This document shows, one piece after another, positions 1 through 9,201 of a DNA stretch of 64,000 bases (the stretch's first letter is position 1; each line of letters starts with the position of its first letter). The translations under genes were made by a program, and so were the position numbers. Below the pieces are notes generated by a model. It did no database searches. It was given only the letters and a program-made list of their open reading frames with translations, and had not been told where the DNA came from. Location of the stretch: positions 1,280,001-1,344,000 of the forward strand of contig CAXXNF010000001.1 of the NCBI GenBank assembly GCA_963666365.2, in the 5' to 3' direction. This DNA comes from Syntrophales bacterium (GTDB lineage Bacteria > Desulfobacterota > Syntrophia > Syntrophales > UBA2210).

Positions 1-21
1 GGGAAGAACAAGGGAGAAAAC

Positions 22-435
22 ATGAAGACAATCATCGGGATTGCAGGTAGAGTGTGTATCGTCCTTATCGTGGGATTCATAGCGGCCTATCCCGCAATTC
101 TCAATGGAGGAGGCTCCATTCACCACACTGTCTCGGTTTTGAATGCCACTGACAACACCATTCTGGTGGTGGTGGAGCGGGGGGCCTTGCCGTCGCCCGT
201 CAGCGGAGACCTCGGGCCGCATGGGGAAATTGTGCTCGATTGCGGCAGCCTGTGCCCCACGAAATTATACGGCGTAATAGCAAGTACCGGAGAGACGGTT
301 GAGCCTGTGTGCGTCAACTTCGGGAACTCGCCTGGCCCGGCGGGAGTGTGCGGCGCCGCCTGCTGGTCATCAAAATGGATGGTCGTGACGCAGCAGAGTG
401 GTAGTTATCACTACGGCTTTCGGCCCCGTTCGTGA
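22..435 (+). CDS. Hypothetical secreted protein, Cys-containing
   Basis: GGGAG RBS upstream, N-terminal hydrophobic signal segment, no recognised domain. Confidence 0.6.
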   Translation: MKTIIGIAGRVCIVLIVGFIAAYPAILNGGGSIHHTVSVLNATDNTILVVVERGALPSPVSGDLGPHGEIVLDCGSLCPTKLYGVIASTGETVEPVCVNFGNSPGPAGVCGAACWSSKWMVVTQQSGSYHYGFRPRS

Positions 436-491
436 CGGGAAACTGCCTTTGGCCGAGACAGGCGTCAGGAATTGCAAAGGGAATAAATGCT

Positions 492-686
492 ATGTTCGGA
501 CTTTTGAACAAGAAAAAAATCGAACGGCCCGATCCGTGCCGGGACGACCGGTGGGAGGACCTGCTTGACGAACCTCTCGGCGGCGGATGAAGCGCCTCTT
601 TTGACGGGAGGTCGGTCGATTTCTCATTTCAGTTCTTCCGGAACATCAAGCTTCTTATTCAAAAATTGAGGAAGAGGGGGCGCTGA
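492..686 (+). CDS. Putative small selenoprotein, 64 aa, Sec at codon 33 (UGA 588-590)
   Basis: Manual translation MFGLLNKKKIERPDPCRDDRWEDLLDEPLGGG-U-SASFDGRSVDFSFQFFRNIKLLIQKLRKRGR; hairpin with GGUC loop 23 nt after UGA; ORF ends 4 nt before the convergent gene's stop. Confidence 0.55.
606..625 (+). promoter_or_regulatory. Candidate SECIS element
   Basis: GGGAGGTC-[GGTC]-GATTTCTC, 8-bp stem including 3 G-U pairs. Confidence 0.5.
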
Positions 687-690
687 ATCC

Positions 691-1779
691 TCATCTTTTT
701 TTCAGTACCACCTCAAGTCTGTTCGTTCCGTTTACTCGTCGGAATGCGATAGCCTGCGCTTTTCTTTCGATAAGCATCCGACCGATATCGTCATCCCCGG
801 CGCTCTCCAGGATCTGTCTTTCTTCACCGGCGAACTCGAAGCTGATTTCTACGGTGTCCTGTTTTTCGGAGTAGGCGACCTGCAGATGCGCGTCGATGGT
901 GTCCACCTGCGATTGATAGAGCACCAGCAGTTCTTCGACAATTAAGACAATGTCATGAGCCGTTTTTTTCGACAGCGCATGCTTCTCGCAGAATTGCTCG
1001 ATTTCGGCATTCATTGTGTAGAGATCGTAGTGAAGACCGAAAATGTGATAGTTGAAACTGCGCACTCGATGGATAAATGCCCTGGTTTTTTCCCTTTTCG
1101 GATGTTCAAAAATCTGCTCCGGTGGACCGTCTTCGTAAATGAATCCCTCATCCATGTACAACACCCTGGTGGCGACGTCGCGGGCAAAGGCCATTTCATG
1201 GGTGACGATCACCATGGTCATTCCCTCCCGGGCGAGACGCCGAATGACGGCAAGCACTTCGCTTGTCATTGTCGGGTCAAGGGCGGAGGTCGGCTCATCA
1301 ACGAGCATAATTTCGGGGTCCATTGAAAGGCATCGGGCAATGGCCACTCGTTGTTTCTGGCCGCCCGACAATTCGTCGGCATAATTCTCCGCCTTTTCTG
1401 CAAGTCCCACCATTGCAAGCAGCTCCATCGCGTGCGCTTCTGCTTCGCGGCGCCCTTTCCCCAGCAGTTTTACCTGTCCGATAGTCAAATTTTCCATAAC
1501 GGTAAGGTGGTTGAAAAGATTGAATGATTGGAAGACCATCCCCATTTTCCGGCGCATCTTCGGCACGTCAGTATTTTTATCGAGCATATCAATGTCGTCG
1601 ATCCATATTTTTCCCTCCGTGGGCATCTCAAGCAGATTAAGACAGCGTAAAAAGGTGCTTTTTCCCGTGCCGGAGGGACCGATGACGGCAATGATTTCTC
1701 CTTTGCGTATTTCGACGGTCACGTCCTGCAATACCGTAAGGGCGCCGAATCTTTTTTTCAGATGTTCCACCCGTATCAT
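691..1779 (-). CDS. Polar amino acid ABC transporter ATPase (GlnQ-like) with a C-terminal degenerate RsbW/HATPase_c-like domain
   Basis: Walker [25 protein letters not shown]; about 120-aa extra C-terminus; start moved to MIRVEHL. Confidence 0.9.
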   Translation of the reverse strand: MIRVEHLKKRFGALTVLQDVTVEIRKGEIIAVIGPSGTGKSTFLRCLNLLEMPTEGKIWIDDIDMLDKNTDVPKMRRKMGMVFQSFNLFNHLTVMENLTIGQVKLLGKGRREAEAHAMELLAMVGLAEKAENYADELSGGQKQRVAIARCLSMDPEIMLVDEPTSALDPTMTSEVLAVIRRLAREGMTMVIVTHEMAFARDVATRVLYMDEGFIYEDGPPEQIFEHPKREKTRAFIHRVRSFNYHIFGLHYDLYTMNAEIEQFCEKHALSKKTAHDIVLIVEELLVLYQSQVDTIDAHLQVAYSEKQDTVEISFEFAGEERQILESAGDDDIGRMLIERKAQAIAFRRVNGTNRLEVVLKKR

Positions 1780-1780
1780 G

Positions 1781-2575
1781 TCACTGCACCCGACCGGTTT
1801 CAAGTTTCGGATTTGTTTTCCGCTCGATGTACTCCAGCAGCAGCATGAGCAGCCATGCGATGAGAAAGTACAGCACCGCGACCATCACGAGGGGGAAGAA
1901 GGCATCGAAGGTGCGGCTTCGTATGATGTCGCTTGCCTTGGTAAGATCCTGGACGGCGACATAGCCGACCACGGAGGTCATTTTCACCAGTGAGATCATC
2001 TCCCCCTTATAGACGGGCACTATGCGCCGCACCGCCTGGGGAAGCACGATATACACAAACGTTTCTATCCTGGAAAACCCCATGGCGATGCCCGCTTCCG
2101 TCTGCCCCTTGTCGACACTCTCGATGCCGGCCCGGAACATTTCGGATACATAGGCCGCAAAATTCAGACCGAAGGCAATGACGGCGACAAACAAGGGATC
2201 GATGTCTATTGATGCAAAGACGACATAAAATATGATCATCAGCAACACGAGCACGGGGGTGCCGCGCAATATCGAAATATATATCCGTGCGGGGACGTGC
2301 ATAATTTTTTTTCGTGACATCCGCAAAAAACAGATTCCCCCACCCAGCACAGTACCCAGGAGGATGGCAAGCACCGAGAGTAGTACCGTGGTCCTTAACC
2401 CGTCGATTATAAGCAAATAGCGATTTTCCTTGATAATATTGTTGTGAAAACTTTCGACGACGGCGCGGAGGACCGAGGCGGTCCCGGCGTCGGCCGATGG
2501 CGCGGCATCGCCGCACCCCGCGGCACAGAAGAGTGCGACGAGCACCAACAGTATGACGATACCGAAATGTTTCAT
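1781..2575 (-). CDS. Polar amino acid ABC transporter permease
   Basis: RGTP motif, [22 protein letters not shown] (EAA loop). Confidence 0.92.
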   Translation of the reverse strand: MKHFGIVILLVLVALFCAAGCGDAAPSADAGTASVLRAVVESFHNNIIKENRYLLIIDGLRTTVLLSVLAILLGTVLGGGICFLRMSRKKIMHVPARIYISILRGTPVLVLLMIIFYVVFASIDIDPLFVAVIAFGLNFAAYVSEMFRAGIESVDKGQTEAGIAMGFSRIETFVYIVLPQAVRRIVPVYKGEMISLVKMTSVVGYVAVQDLTKASDIIRSRTFDAFFPLVMVAVLYFLIAWLLMLLLEYIERKTNPKLETGRVQ

Positions 2576-2585
2576 TGCTTCCGGG

Positions 2586-3368
2586 TTATTCTTTCACAAG
2601 GGCCGCGATGCCGCCGGTATAATAGGGCTTGGAGAACAGTACCTTTTTGGCGCGCTCTTCGCTGATGGTGATGCAGGCGCCGATCATATCCACTTTACGC
2701 GCGATCAGCGCCGGAATCATGGCGCCGAAATCCATGTTGACCACTTTCAATTTTTTGTTGAGCTTCCTGGCAACAAGGGCGGCGATTTCAATGTCGAGAC
2801 CGACGATTTTCTGCGATCCGTCAACAAAAGAGAAGGGTTCCGTAATCGCCGACGTGCCGAATCGCAACAGGCCCTCCGTCCCGGGTTCTATGTGTGGCAT
2901 CGGTCGAGGGGCGCCTTCATCGGGCAGCCAGCGCTTCAGCATGAGATCGTAGGCGCCGCTGGCCTTCATATCGTCCACCACCCTGTCGATTACTCGCTTT
3001 AATTCTTTATCTTCCCTGCGCACGGCAAAACCGTAATTGTCGACGGTAATCATTTGTGGAAGCACGACCAGGCCGGGATTTTTGGCGGCAATATTCTTGA
3101 GGAGCGGTTCATCGTAGGCGGCGGCGTCCGCCTTTCCCCCCTTCACCGCCATACAGGCGTCAAGAACGCTGTTGAAATACTTGAAGGTGGCGTCCGGAAA
3201 GGTAGACAACACCAGCTGATCGGCAATGGTGCCTGTCGGTACGGCAAATTCCTTGCCTTTCAGTTGTTCAAATTTCGTGATTTTTTCCCTTTCGCCGCAG
3301 CCGCCGATCGATAAGAAAATAAGTGCCAGTACTCCGACACATACTAATGTCGCCTTGCTGTAGGTCAT
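2586..3368 (-). CDS. Amino acid ABC substrate-binding lipoprotein (SBP family 3), circularly permuted
   Basis: Lipobox IGGC; motifs PFSF, GLDIEIA, TISEERAKKVLFSKPYY lie C-terminal to LKGK...YGFAV...KRW. Confidence 0.88.
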   Translation of the reverse strand: MTYSKATLVCVGVLALIFLSIGGCGEREKITKFEQLKGKEFAVPTGTIADQLVLSTFPDATFKYFNSVLDACMAVKGGKADAAAYDEPLLKNIAAKNPGLVVLPQMITVDNYGFAVRREDKELKRVIDRVVDDMKASGAYDLMLKRWLPDEGAPRPMPHIEPGTEGLLRFGTSAITEPFSFVDGSQKIVGLDIEIAALVARKLNKKLKVVNMDFGAMIPALIARKVDMIGACITISEERAKKVLFSKPYYTGGIAALVKE

Positions 3369-3672
3369 TGTTGCTCTCCACTGGTGTAAACTATATTGGC
3401 ACGAACCGGCGTCATCAAGGAACTATCACATGCGTGAGCACCAATTCGGCAGGAGTGTCATGGGAGAGTCGAAACAATCAATGCAACGATATTATTTACC
3501 TATTTGCTCTCCCCATGGGAGACTCTATACACTCCCGGGAGATGAGGCGCAATATATTTTTCCATTTTCCTTTGCCCTTTAAACATGAATGACGGTATCG
3601 ATGATTTGACAACGGGCGCCCCCTTCTGCTATTTTTTGTACAGAAGCCGGTGGGGGTAACGGGGAATACATA

Positions 3673-5268
3673 ATGTGCAAGCCGCGATATACACGCCGCC
3701 TCGACAGAGAGCGGAGAGATCCCCGCAGGTTGGGATCTGTGCTCATCGTCACCGTGACGGTGCTTGCTTTTTTTACGCTCACCTCGTGCAATAATTCCGA
3801 CTGCGTCCAGTGGGGACCCTGCGGGGACTATTTATTTCTCGAAAAATCGGCCGAATGCCGGACCTACGCGGTACCCCTCGATTACAACACACCGGGTGAA
3901 GCCTCCATCTACATCAATACCTTCAGATACCCGGGAACCAGTGAACCGATCAAGGGACAGATCTGGTTTCTCGAGGGAGGACCGGGGGGATCGGGGCGCC
4001 TGCTGTCGCGGGCGATGGTGCGAGTAGCCGAGTACTATCCTGATTTTGATCTCTATTCGATGGATCACCGGGGCGTCGGATTCTCGACGCGTTTCGGCTG
4101 CGCCTGCGACAACGATATCGGCAATGACTGGGAACTGTATAGAGAGTGTTACAAAAACCTTGACAACGACTGGGGAGCACAGATCAGGTTGTTTTCCACC
4201 ACCAATGCGGCCAGGGATTTGCATGAAGTGATTGCCCGTTCCCGAGAGAAGGGAAAAAAGGTCTTTATCTGGGCCACCTCCTACGGCACCTACTGGCTCC
4301 TGCGATATCTTCAACTCTATCCCCACGAAGTGGACGGGGTGATTCTCGACTCCATCTGTACCCCCGGAGACTGCTATCTCGATCGTTACGATCAGTGGAA
4401 TGACATGGTTGGCGCACAATTCCTTCAATTATGCGAAGCCGATCCTCTATGCAACGCAAAGATGCAGACCATCGCCGAGACGCCGCAGAAGGCACTGCAG
4501 GAGGTGTTCCGCGAGATCGATGAAGGCTCGTTGCCCTGCGAATGCACTGGCCTGTTCACCAGGGAAGAACTCCGTCACACCCTGGCGCCGCTGCTGAACA
4601 ACTGGTCCACCAGGATTCTGATACCGCCGCTGATCTACCGGCTTCACCGATGCAACGCAGAAGATCGAAAGGTCCTGGACTTTTTCCTGCAGGGCCTGCA
4701 CGTCGAGGGACCGGACAAAACCTACTTGAATTCGCCCATGCTCTGCGATCTGATCTCTCTGTCCGAACTATTCAGCGGCAGCACCTCCGAAGAACTGAAC
4801 GCCTTTCTGCAAAGTGCCTGTTTCGCCGAAGATGTCTCGCTGCGATTTGCCGAACTGTACGAAAGGGGGCTTTGGGACCTTTACCAGGACGACGAGTACG
4901 CGCAGAAACTACCCGAAACCGACATTCCCATGCTCATGCTCAACGGCACTACCGATCCCCAGACCCCTCTCGAAATCGCCGGGAAAATGAAGCTCCATTT
5001 CACCGGCGACTATCAGCATTTCGTCACCATCCCCTATGCAACCCACGGCGTGCTGGTCAATTCACCCATCACCCCGCCCAACTGGGCCTTCGGCGGCACC
5101 GATCAGACCTGCGGCTCGTTGCTGCTCGGCCAGTTCATCAACAATCCGAAGGGTCCTCTTGACACATCCTGCACCGGCATGGTGTATCCGGTGGACTTTG
5201 ATCCCGCCACTGCGAACAACAGGTTGATAAGCAAAGATACCTTCGGCGCCGACGACATGTGGGAGTAA
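3673..5268 (+). CDS. Alpha/beta hydrolase (TAP-like peptidase family), probable lipoprotein
   Basis: GGPGGSG, DHRGVG, TSYG nucleophile, DPQTP, HG; true start may be later. Confidence 0.82.
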   Translation: MCKPRYTRRLDRERRDPRRLGSVLIVTVTVLAFFTLTSCNNSDCVQWGPCGDYLFLEKSAECRTYAVPLDYNTPGEASIYINTFRYPGTSEPIKGQIWFLEGGPGGSGRLLSRAMVRVAEYYPDFDLYSMDHRGVGFSTRFGCACDNDIGNDWELYRECYKNLDNDWGAQIRLFSTTNAARDLHEVIARSREKGKKVFIWATSYGTYWLLRYLQLYPHEVDGVILDSICTPGDCYLDRYDQWNDMVGAQFLQLCEADPLCNAKMQTIAETPQKALQEVFREIDEGSLPCECTGLFTREELRHTLAPLLNNWSTRILIPPLIYRLHRCNAEDRKVLDFFLQGLHVEGPDKTYLNSPMLCDLISLSELFSGSTSEELNAFLQSACFAEDVSLRFAELYERGLWDLYQDDEYAQKLPETDIPMLMLNGTTDPQTPLEIAGKMKLHFTGDYQHFVTIPYATHGVLVNSPITPPNWAFGGTDQTCGSLLLGQFINNPKGPLDTSCTGMVYPVDFDPATANNRLISKDTFGADDMWE

Positions 5269-5275
5269 GAAACTA

Positions 5276-6514
5276 TTGAGAACCCCTAAGCGGAAAACGA
5301 TTCTTATTTTGACAGTGTGTCTCTTTATCGCCTTTATTTGCCTTCTTGGGTGTGAGGGTGGAGGCGGGAACGGCGTTCTTTCTCAGAAAAAGTGGACGGT
5401 AATGCTGTATCTGGATGGAGATAATAATGAAATGCAGACTGATTTTCTCAAGGCCTTTCAGGAGATGATTCAGGACGGTATCGGGAGCAGCGACAAAGTG
5501 AATATTGTGGCTCAGTTCGACAGATACCCCGGGAACAGTGCCTACGGAGGCTGGGAAATCACCCACAGGTTTTTCATAAAGGCGGGGATGGAACCGACCG
5601 AAGAGAACGCAATCGACGACTGGGGTGACGGAACGGGAGGAAGGGAAGTAAATATGTCTGATCCTGGCGCCTTGCGGGATTTTATTACCTGGGCTGTGAG
5701 CACCTATCCCGCTTAGCATTATGCACTTTTTCCTGCCGATCACGGGTTTGGCTGGCAGGGCATATTGATTGACGACACGAATTATCGACGCACCATGTCG
5801 GTACAGCAATTCCGAAAGGCGCTCATAGATTCACAGGTTTCTTTAGACCTTCTTGGCCTTGATGCCTGTACGATGCAGATGATCGAGGTTGCATATGAAA
5901 TGAATGATGTGGCCATCGATGTGATAATTGGATCCAAGAACACGGGAACCACATGGCCGTTTGCGGAAATTCTCGATGCTGTTATCGTCACCCCTCAAAT
6001 ATCGGCAGAAGATTTCGGAAAAATCATTGTTGACAAATATAATGTCTATCATGAGGGAAAAACAGGGATCACCCTGTCTGAACTGAAGCTCGGGAATATC
6101 TCCATGGTGGTGGACGCCGTGGATGAACTTGCTGCAGGTATCCTGAACGAATCCCCTTTCTCAGAGATCCAGGAACAGGCGGCGTGCGTTATGGAACAGA
6201 TACAACGCACGGTCTTGTACGTAAAAAACAGTCCCGACTGGGAACGTGCAAGGGGCATCTCAGTGTATTTTCCCCCCGTTGGCGGAATTGGTGCTACGAT
6301 ACCTCCTGAACTGCAGTATTTTTATAAACGCGACGTCGTGAGCTTCTCTGAGGACGCTTCATGGCACGATCTCATCGCCTCATTATTGGGCACGCAAGAG
6401 CCGTCATCAACAGCGATAAAGATGATGAAGATACGGTCTTCTATGGCTACCTTTGATGATGACAAGATTGATCTGTATGATTTCTGTAAACGTATAGTAG
6501 AGTATGATTCGTAG
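5276..6514 (+). pseudogene. Clostripain-family (peptidase C11) lipoprotein interrupted by in-frame TAG at 5714-5716
   Basis: WTVMLYLDGDNN, YPA*HYALFPADHGFGW, DACTMQMIEVAYE; the two track ORFs are in the same frame. Confidence 0.8.
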
Positions 6515-6643
6515 TTCCCGGTGAGGAAAGATGAGTATCGGGGGGCCTGACCGTTTTCCTGAAGAGCCTGTACACCGAGGAACCGGCCACAACCTGCGTG
6601 AATTCGCCCATGCGCTGCACTCCTGTTTCGCTGTCCGGGAACG

Positions 6644-7297
6644 CTAGAAAAAGAATTGCACGCCCACCTGGAACCCATGGATGTGGATGGATTTTCCATA
6701 AAGGGGCGCTCCCCCCGTTTGAAAATCCGGGCCCTCCATGCCCAGCAACCGGTAGCCCATCAGCAGACGAAGGGAGTCCGTCAGGGAATAGGTAACGCCG
6801 GCCGTGACATTATATGCAAAGAGCGTGCTTGTACCGTTTGTCGGTGGAAAAGCGGCCAGCGTAATATCGTCGGCCTCGAAACGGACGCCTCCCAGTCCCG
6901 CTCCCACATAGGGTCTCACTCCGACGCCGGTGGGGATGTCATAGTACAGATTGATCAGGGCGCCTGACCATTCATAGCGCCCCGTCACATCGCCGCCGCC
7001 CCCGGCAAAAGAGATATCATTGCCGTCGTTCCGGCCATAGAGGACTTCACCCTCGACGCGGAAGTCGCCGTATCGATACCCCAGCCCTCCGCTGATGCCC
7101 ATCCCCCATTCGGATTTGACTTCTGCCGGCGAGAGACCCGGCGAAGTGGTATCCACAGAAAAAGGACCGAGCACCGAAGGAGTGAATGAAATATACCATC
7201 CGCTTTGCGGGGCGTTGCCGTGCCCCTGGTCGGCCCACACCGCTCCCGCCGTCAACAAGAAACACACCACCGACGTGACAACCATAAAAATTCTCAT
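6644..7297 (-). CDS. Outer membrane beta-barrel protein
   Basis: Signal peptide, alternating beta strands, PYVGAGLG, C-terminal Phe. Confidence 0.85.
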   Translation of the reverse strand: MRIFMVVTSVVCFLLTAGAVWADQGHGNAPQSGWYISFTPSVLGPFSVDTTSPGLSPAEVKSEWGMGISGGLGYRYGDFRVEGEVLYGRNDGNDISFAGGGGDVTGRYEWSGALINLYYDIPTGVGVRPYVGAGLGGVRFEADDITLAAFPPTNGTSTLFAYNVTAGVTYSLTDSLRLLMGYRLLGMEGPDFQTGGAPLYGKSIHIHGFQVGVQFFF

Positions 7298-7434
7298 TAC
7301 TTTCTTTTCACCTCCCTGTGCCGCAGGTATCAGTCGCGCAAAATCGACCTCGCAGACACGTCATATGCCTTTAAAATATCAAAAAATCCACTCCCGCCAG
7401 GGGAACCGTGACGCTTTTCGGGTTCATCATCCAT

Positions 7435-8679
7435 TTATTCGTGCAGGTGCATGTGATGCACCTGAGGATTCCAGTGTTCTATTTCCGGTTTTATTTTTAA
7501 CAGCCCCGCTTCCTGACCTATCTCAAATATGAGGCAGAAAAAGAACAGACAAAGCATGAGAATCCCAAAAGCCTTTTTCGCGGCGCCGGCGTTCTTCATA
7601 ATAAAGATCAAACTCGGCAGTATGCCAAAAAGTATCACAATGCCTACGCCCCCCACCACATTGATGGCGGCGAGAAAGATTTCGGGCCAGATGAGGGTTA
7701 CCGCCAGAGGGGGTAAAAAGGTAAGGCCAATTTCGAGGGCCCCGTTTTTGACGCCCACATGATTCTCGAGCATATCCGCGATGAACCCCCGCAGCCCGAT
7801 CCCGTTTGCAAGGTAGGAACTTATAATTGCCAGCAGCGAAAAGGCCAGCGCCCATATCATGAAGAATTTTGATTTCACTATATGGAACAGGGGAACCGTT
7901 GCGGGAAGGCTCTTTGTAAAGGCCTGGAGCAGGCCGTCCTCTGAATTGTCCATAGGCAGCACCCCGATGCCGACCTGCACCCAGAGTGCGTTCATCACAA
8001 GACCGATTATCACTCCGATGAGCATCGACTTCCAGACAAGGCTGAAATTCCAGTCCAGGCTCCGGCAGATATTGGGAATAATATTATGAAAATGAAAGGC
8101 CGTGACGATGATGGGCGCCGCCACGGGCAGGAAATGCCAGTCGGAAAAACAGTAGTGTCGGCTGTCAACCTCGGGTTCTCCCATCACCACCATCATCAGA
8201 AAAAAAATAAACAGGCATATCATTATCAATGTGTTGTATTTGAGTATCAGGCTCACGTTCATAATGGTGATGCCCGTCACCACAACGAAAAGACCCAGGG
8301 TAATCAGCGGTGTATATGTGGCCGGCACATCAAAGAGATTTGCAAGAATAGTGGCGCCGCCTGTTAAATAGGCAACGAGCAGTCCGTATAATATCAGCAT
8401 GTTCGTAACGACGGCAATCCATTTTCCCCCGTTGCCCAGGTAGCGCTGATACAGACTCGGGTAATTGAAGGTTTCCTTCTTTGCCTCCACAGCCTCTCTG
8501 CCGAGAATCAGCGCGGAAAAGAACATGGCGCCGCCGAGCACGAGCATGCCCGCAAGCGAGGGCAGCAGACCGGCCAGCCCTGTATTGATAGGCAATGCCA
8601 GAATGCCCACGCCGATCAGGTTTCCCACAATCAACAGACTTATCGTAACAACAAGAAACGCCTGTGATGTTTTCTTCAT
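7435..8679 (-). CDS. Aromatic amino acid permease (Trp/Tyr permease family)
   Basis: GNLIGVGILALP, FHFHNIIP, multiple TM helices. Confidence 0.85.
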   Translation of the reverse strand: MKKTSQAFLVVTISLLIVGNLIGVGILALPINTGLAGLLPSLAGMLVLGGAMFFSALILGREAVEAKKETFNYPSLYQRYLGNGGKWIAVVTNMLILYGLLVAYLTGGATILANLFDVPATYTPLITLGLFVVVTGITIMNVSLILKYNTLIMICLFIFFLMMVVMGEPEVDSRHYCFSDWHFLPVAAPIIVTAFHFHNIIPNICRSLDWNFSLVWKSMLIGVIIGLVMNALWVQVGIGVLPMDNSEDGLLQAFTKSLPATVPLFHIVKSKFFMIWALAFSLLAIISSYLANGIGLRGFIADMLENHVGVKNGALEIGLTFLPPLAVTLIWPEIFLAAINVVGGVGIVILFGILPSLIFIMKNAGAAKKAFGILMLCLFFFCLIFEIGQEAGLLKIKPEIEHWNPQVHHMHLHE

Positions 8680-8820
8680 AGCATCGGCCCTGGTCCTCCC
8701 CCATGCAGGGTGCTGACGTTCCGCGAGTCACTCACACTTTTCTGTCAAATAAATTTAAATGTGTATCGACCTCCATGTTCACCCATGATTTCGCACAAAG
8801 TAACATACTCATACTATATG

Positions 8821-9120
8821 TCAATTGTGAAACTCCGAGAGCACTTCTTTCAGAAGTTCATCGAGATACTTGATATTTTCCATGACGTCTTCCGGAGCCC
8901 TGCCCTGCATGCAGATTTTTATGATTAAAACAAATGAAGGCATCCTTCGTAAATTGCGCACCACCTCCCAACTCATCGCTTCATCAATGTGAAATATGAC
9001 ACGATCCCAGCCTTTAAAGCCTGCCGACGCAACCACAGAGTCTCGCAATATACTCCATGCACCTTGAAGATCGGAAAGGATCGTTTTGTCGTATCCTCGC
9101 GGTCTTTGTAAAAACGGCAT
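8821..9120 (-). CDS. Hypothetical protein
   Basis: GAGGTG RBS, protein-like composition, co-oriented with neighbours. Confidence 0.6.
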   Translation of the reverse strand: MPFLQRPRGYDKTILSDLQGAWSILRDSVVASAGFKGWDRVIFHIDEAMSWEVVRNLRRMPSFVLIIKICMQGRAPEDVMENIKYLDELLKEVLSEFHN

Positions 9121-9201
9121 ATTTTCACCTCACCTCTATCATGCCGCGCAACGGGCAGGCCACACAGGGCGCCGGTACAGTGGAACGTTCTTTCGATTCT
9201 C

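Noticed and set aside
433..486. UGA ending ORF 22-435 as possible Sec
   Set aside because: No GGU-loop hairpin at the right distance and no redox-motif context
3397..3413. TGGCAC as a possible sigma54 promoter
   Set aside because: No GC at the -12 position (GG-N10-GC not met)
5714..5716. Genome-wide TAG reassignment
   Set aside because: gyrB, trxB, lgt and others end at TAG at their expected C-termini
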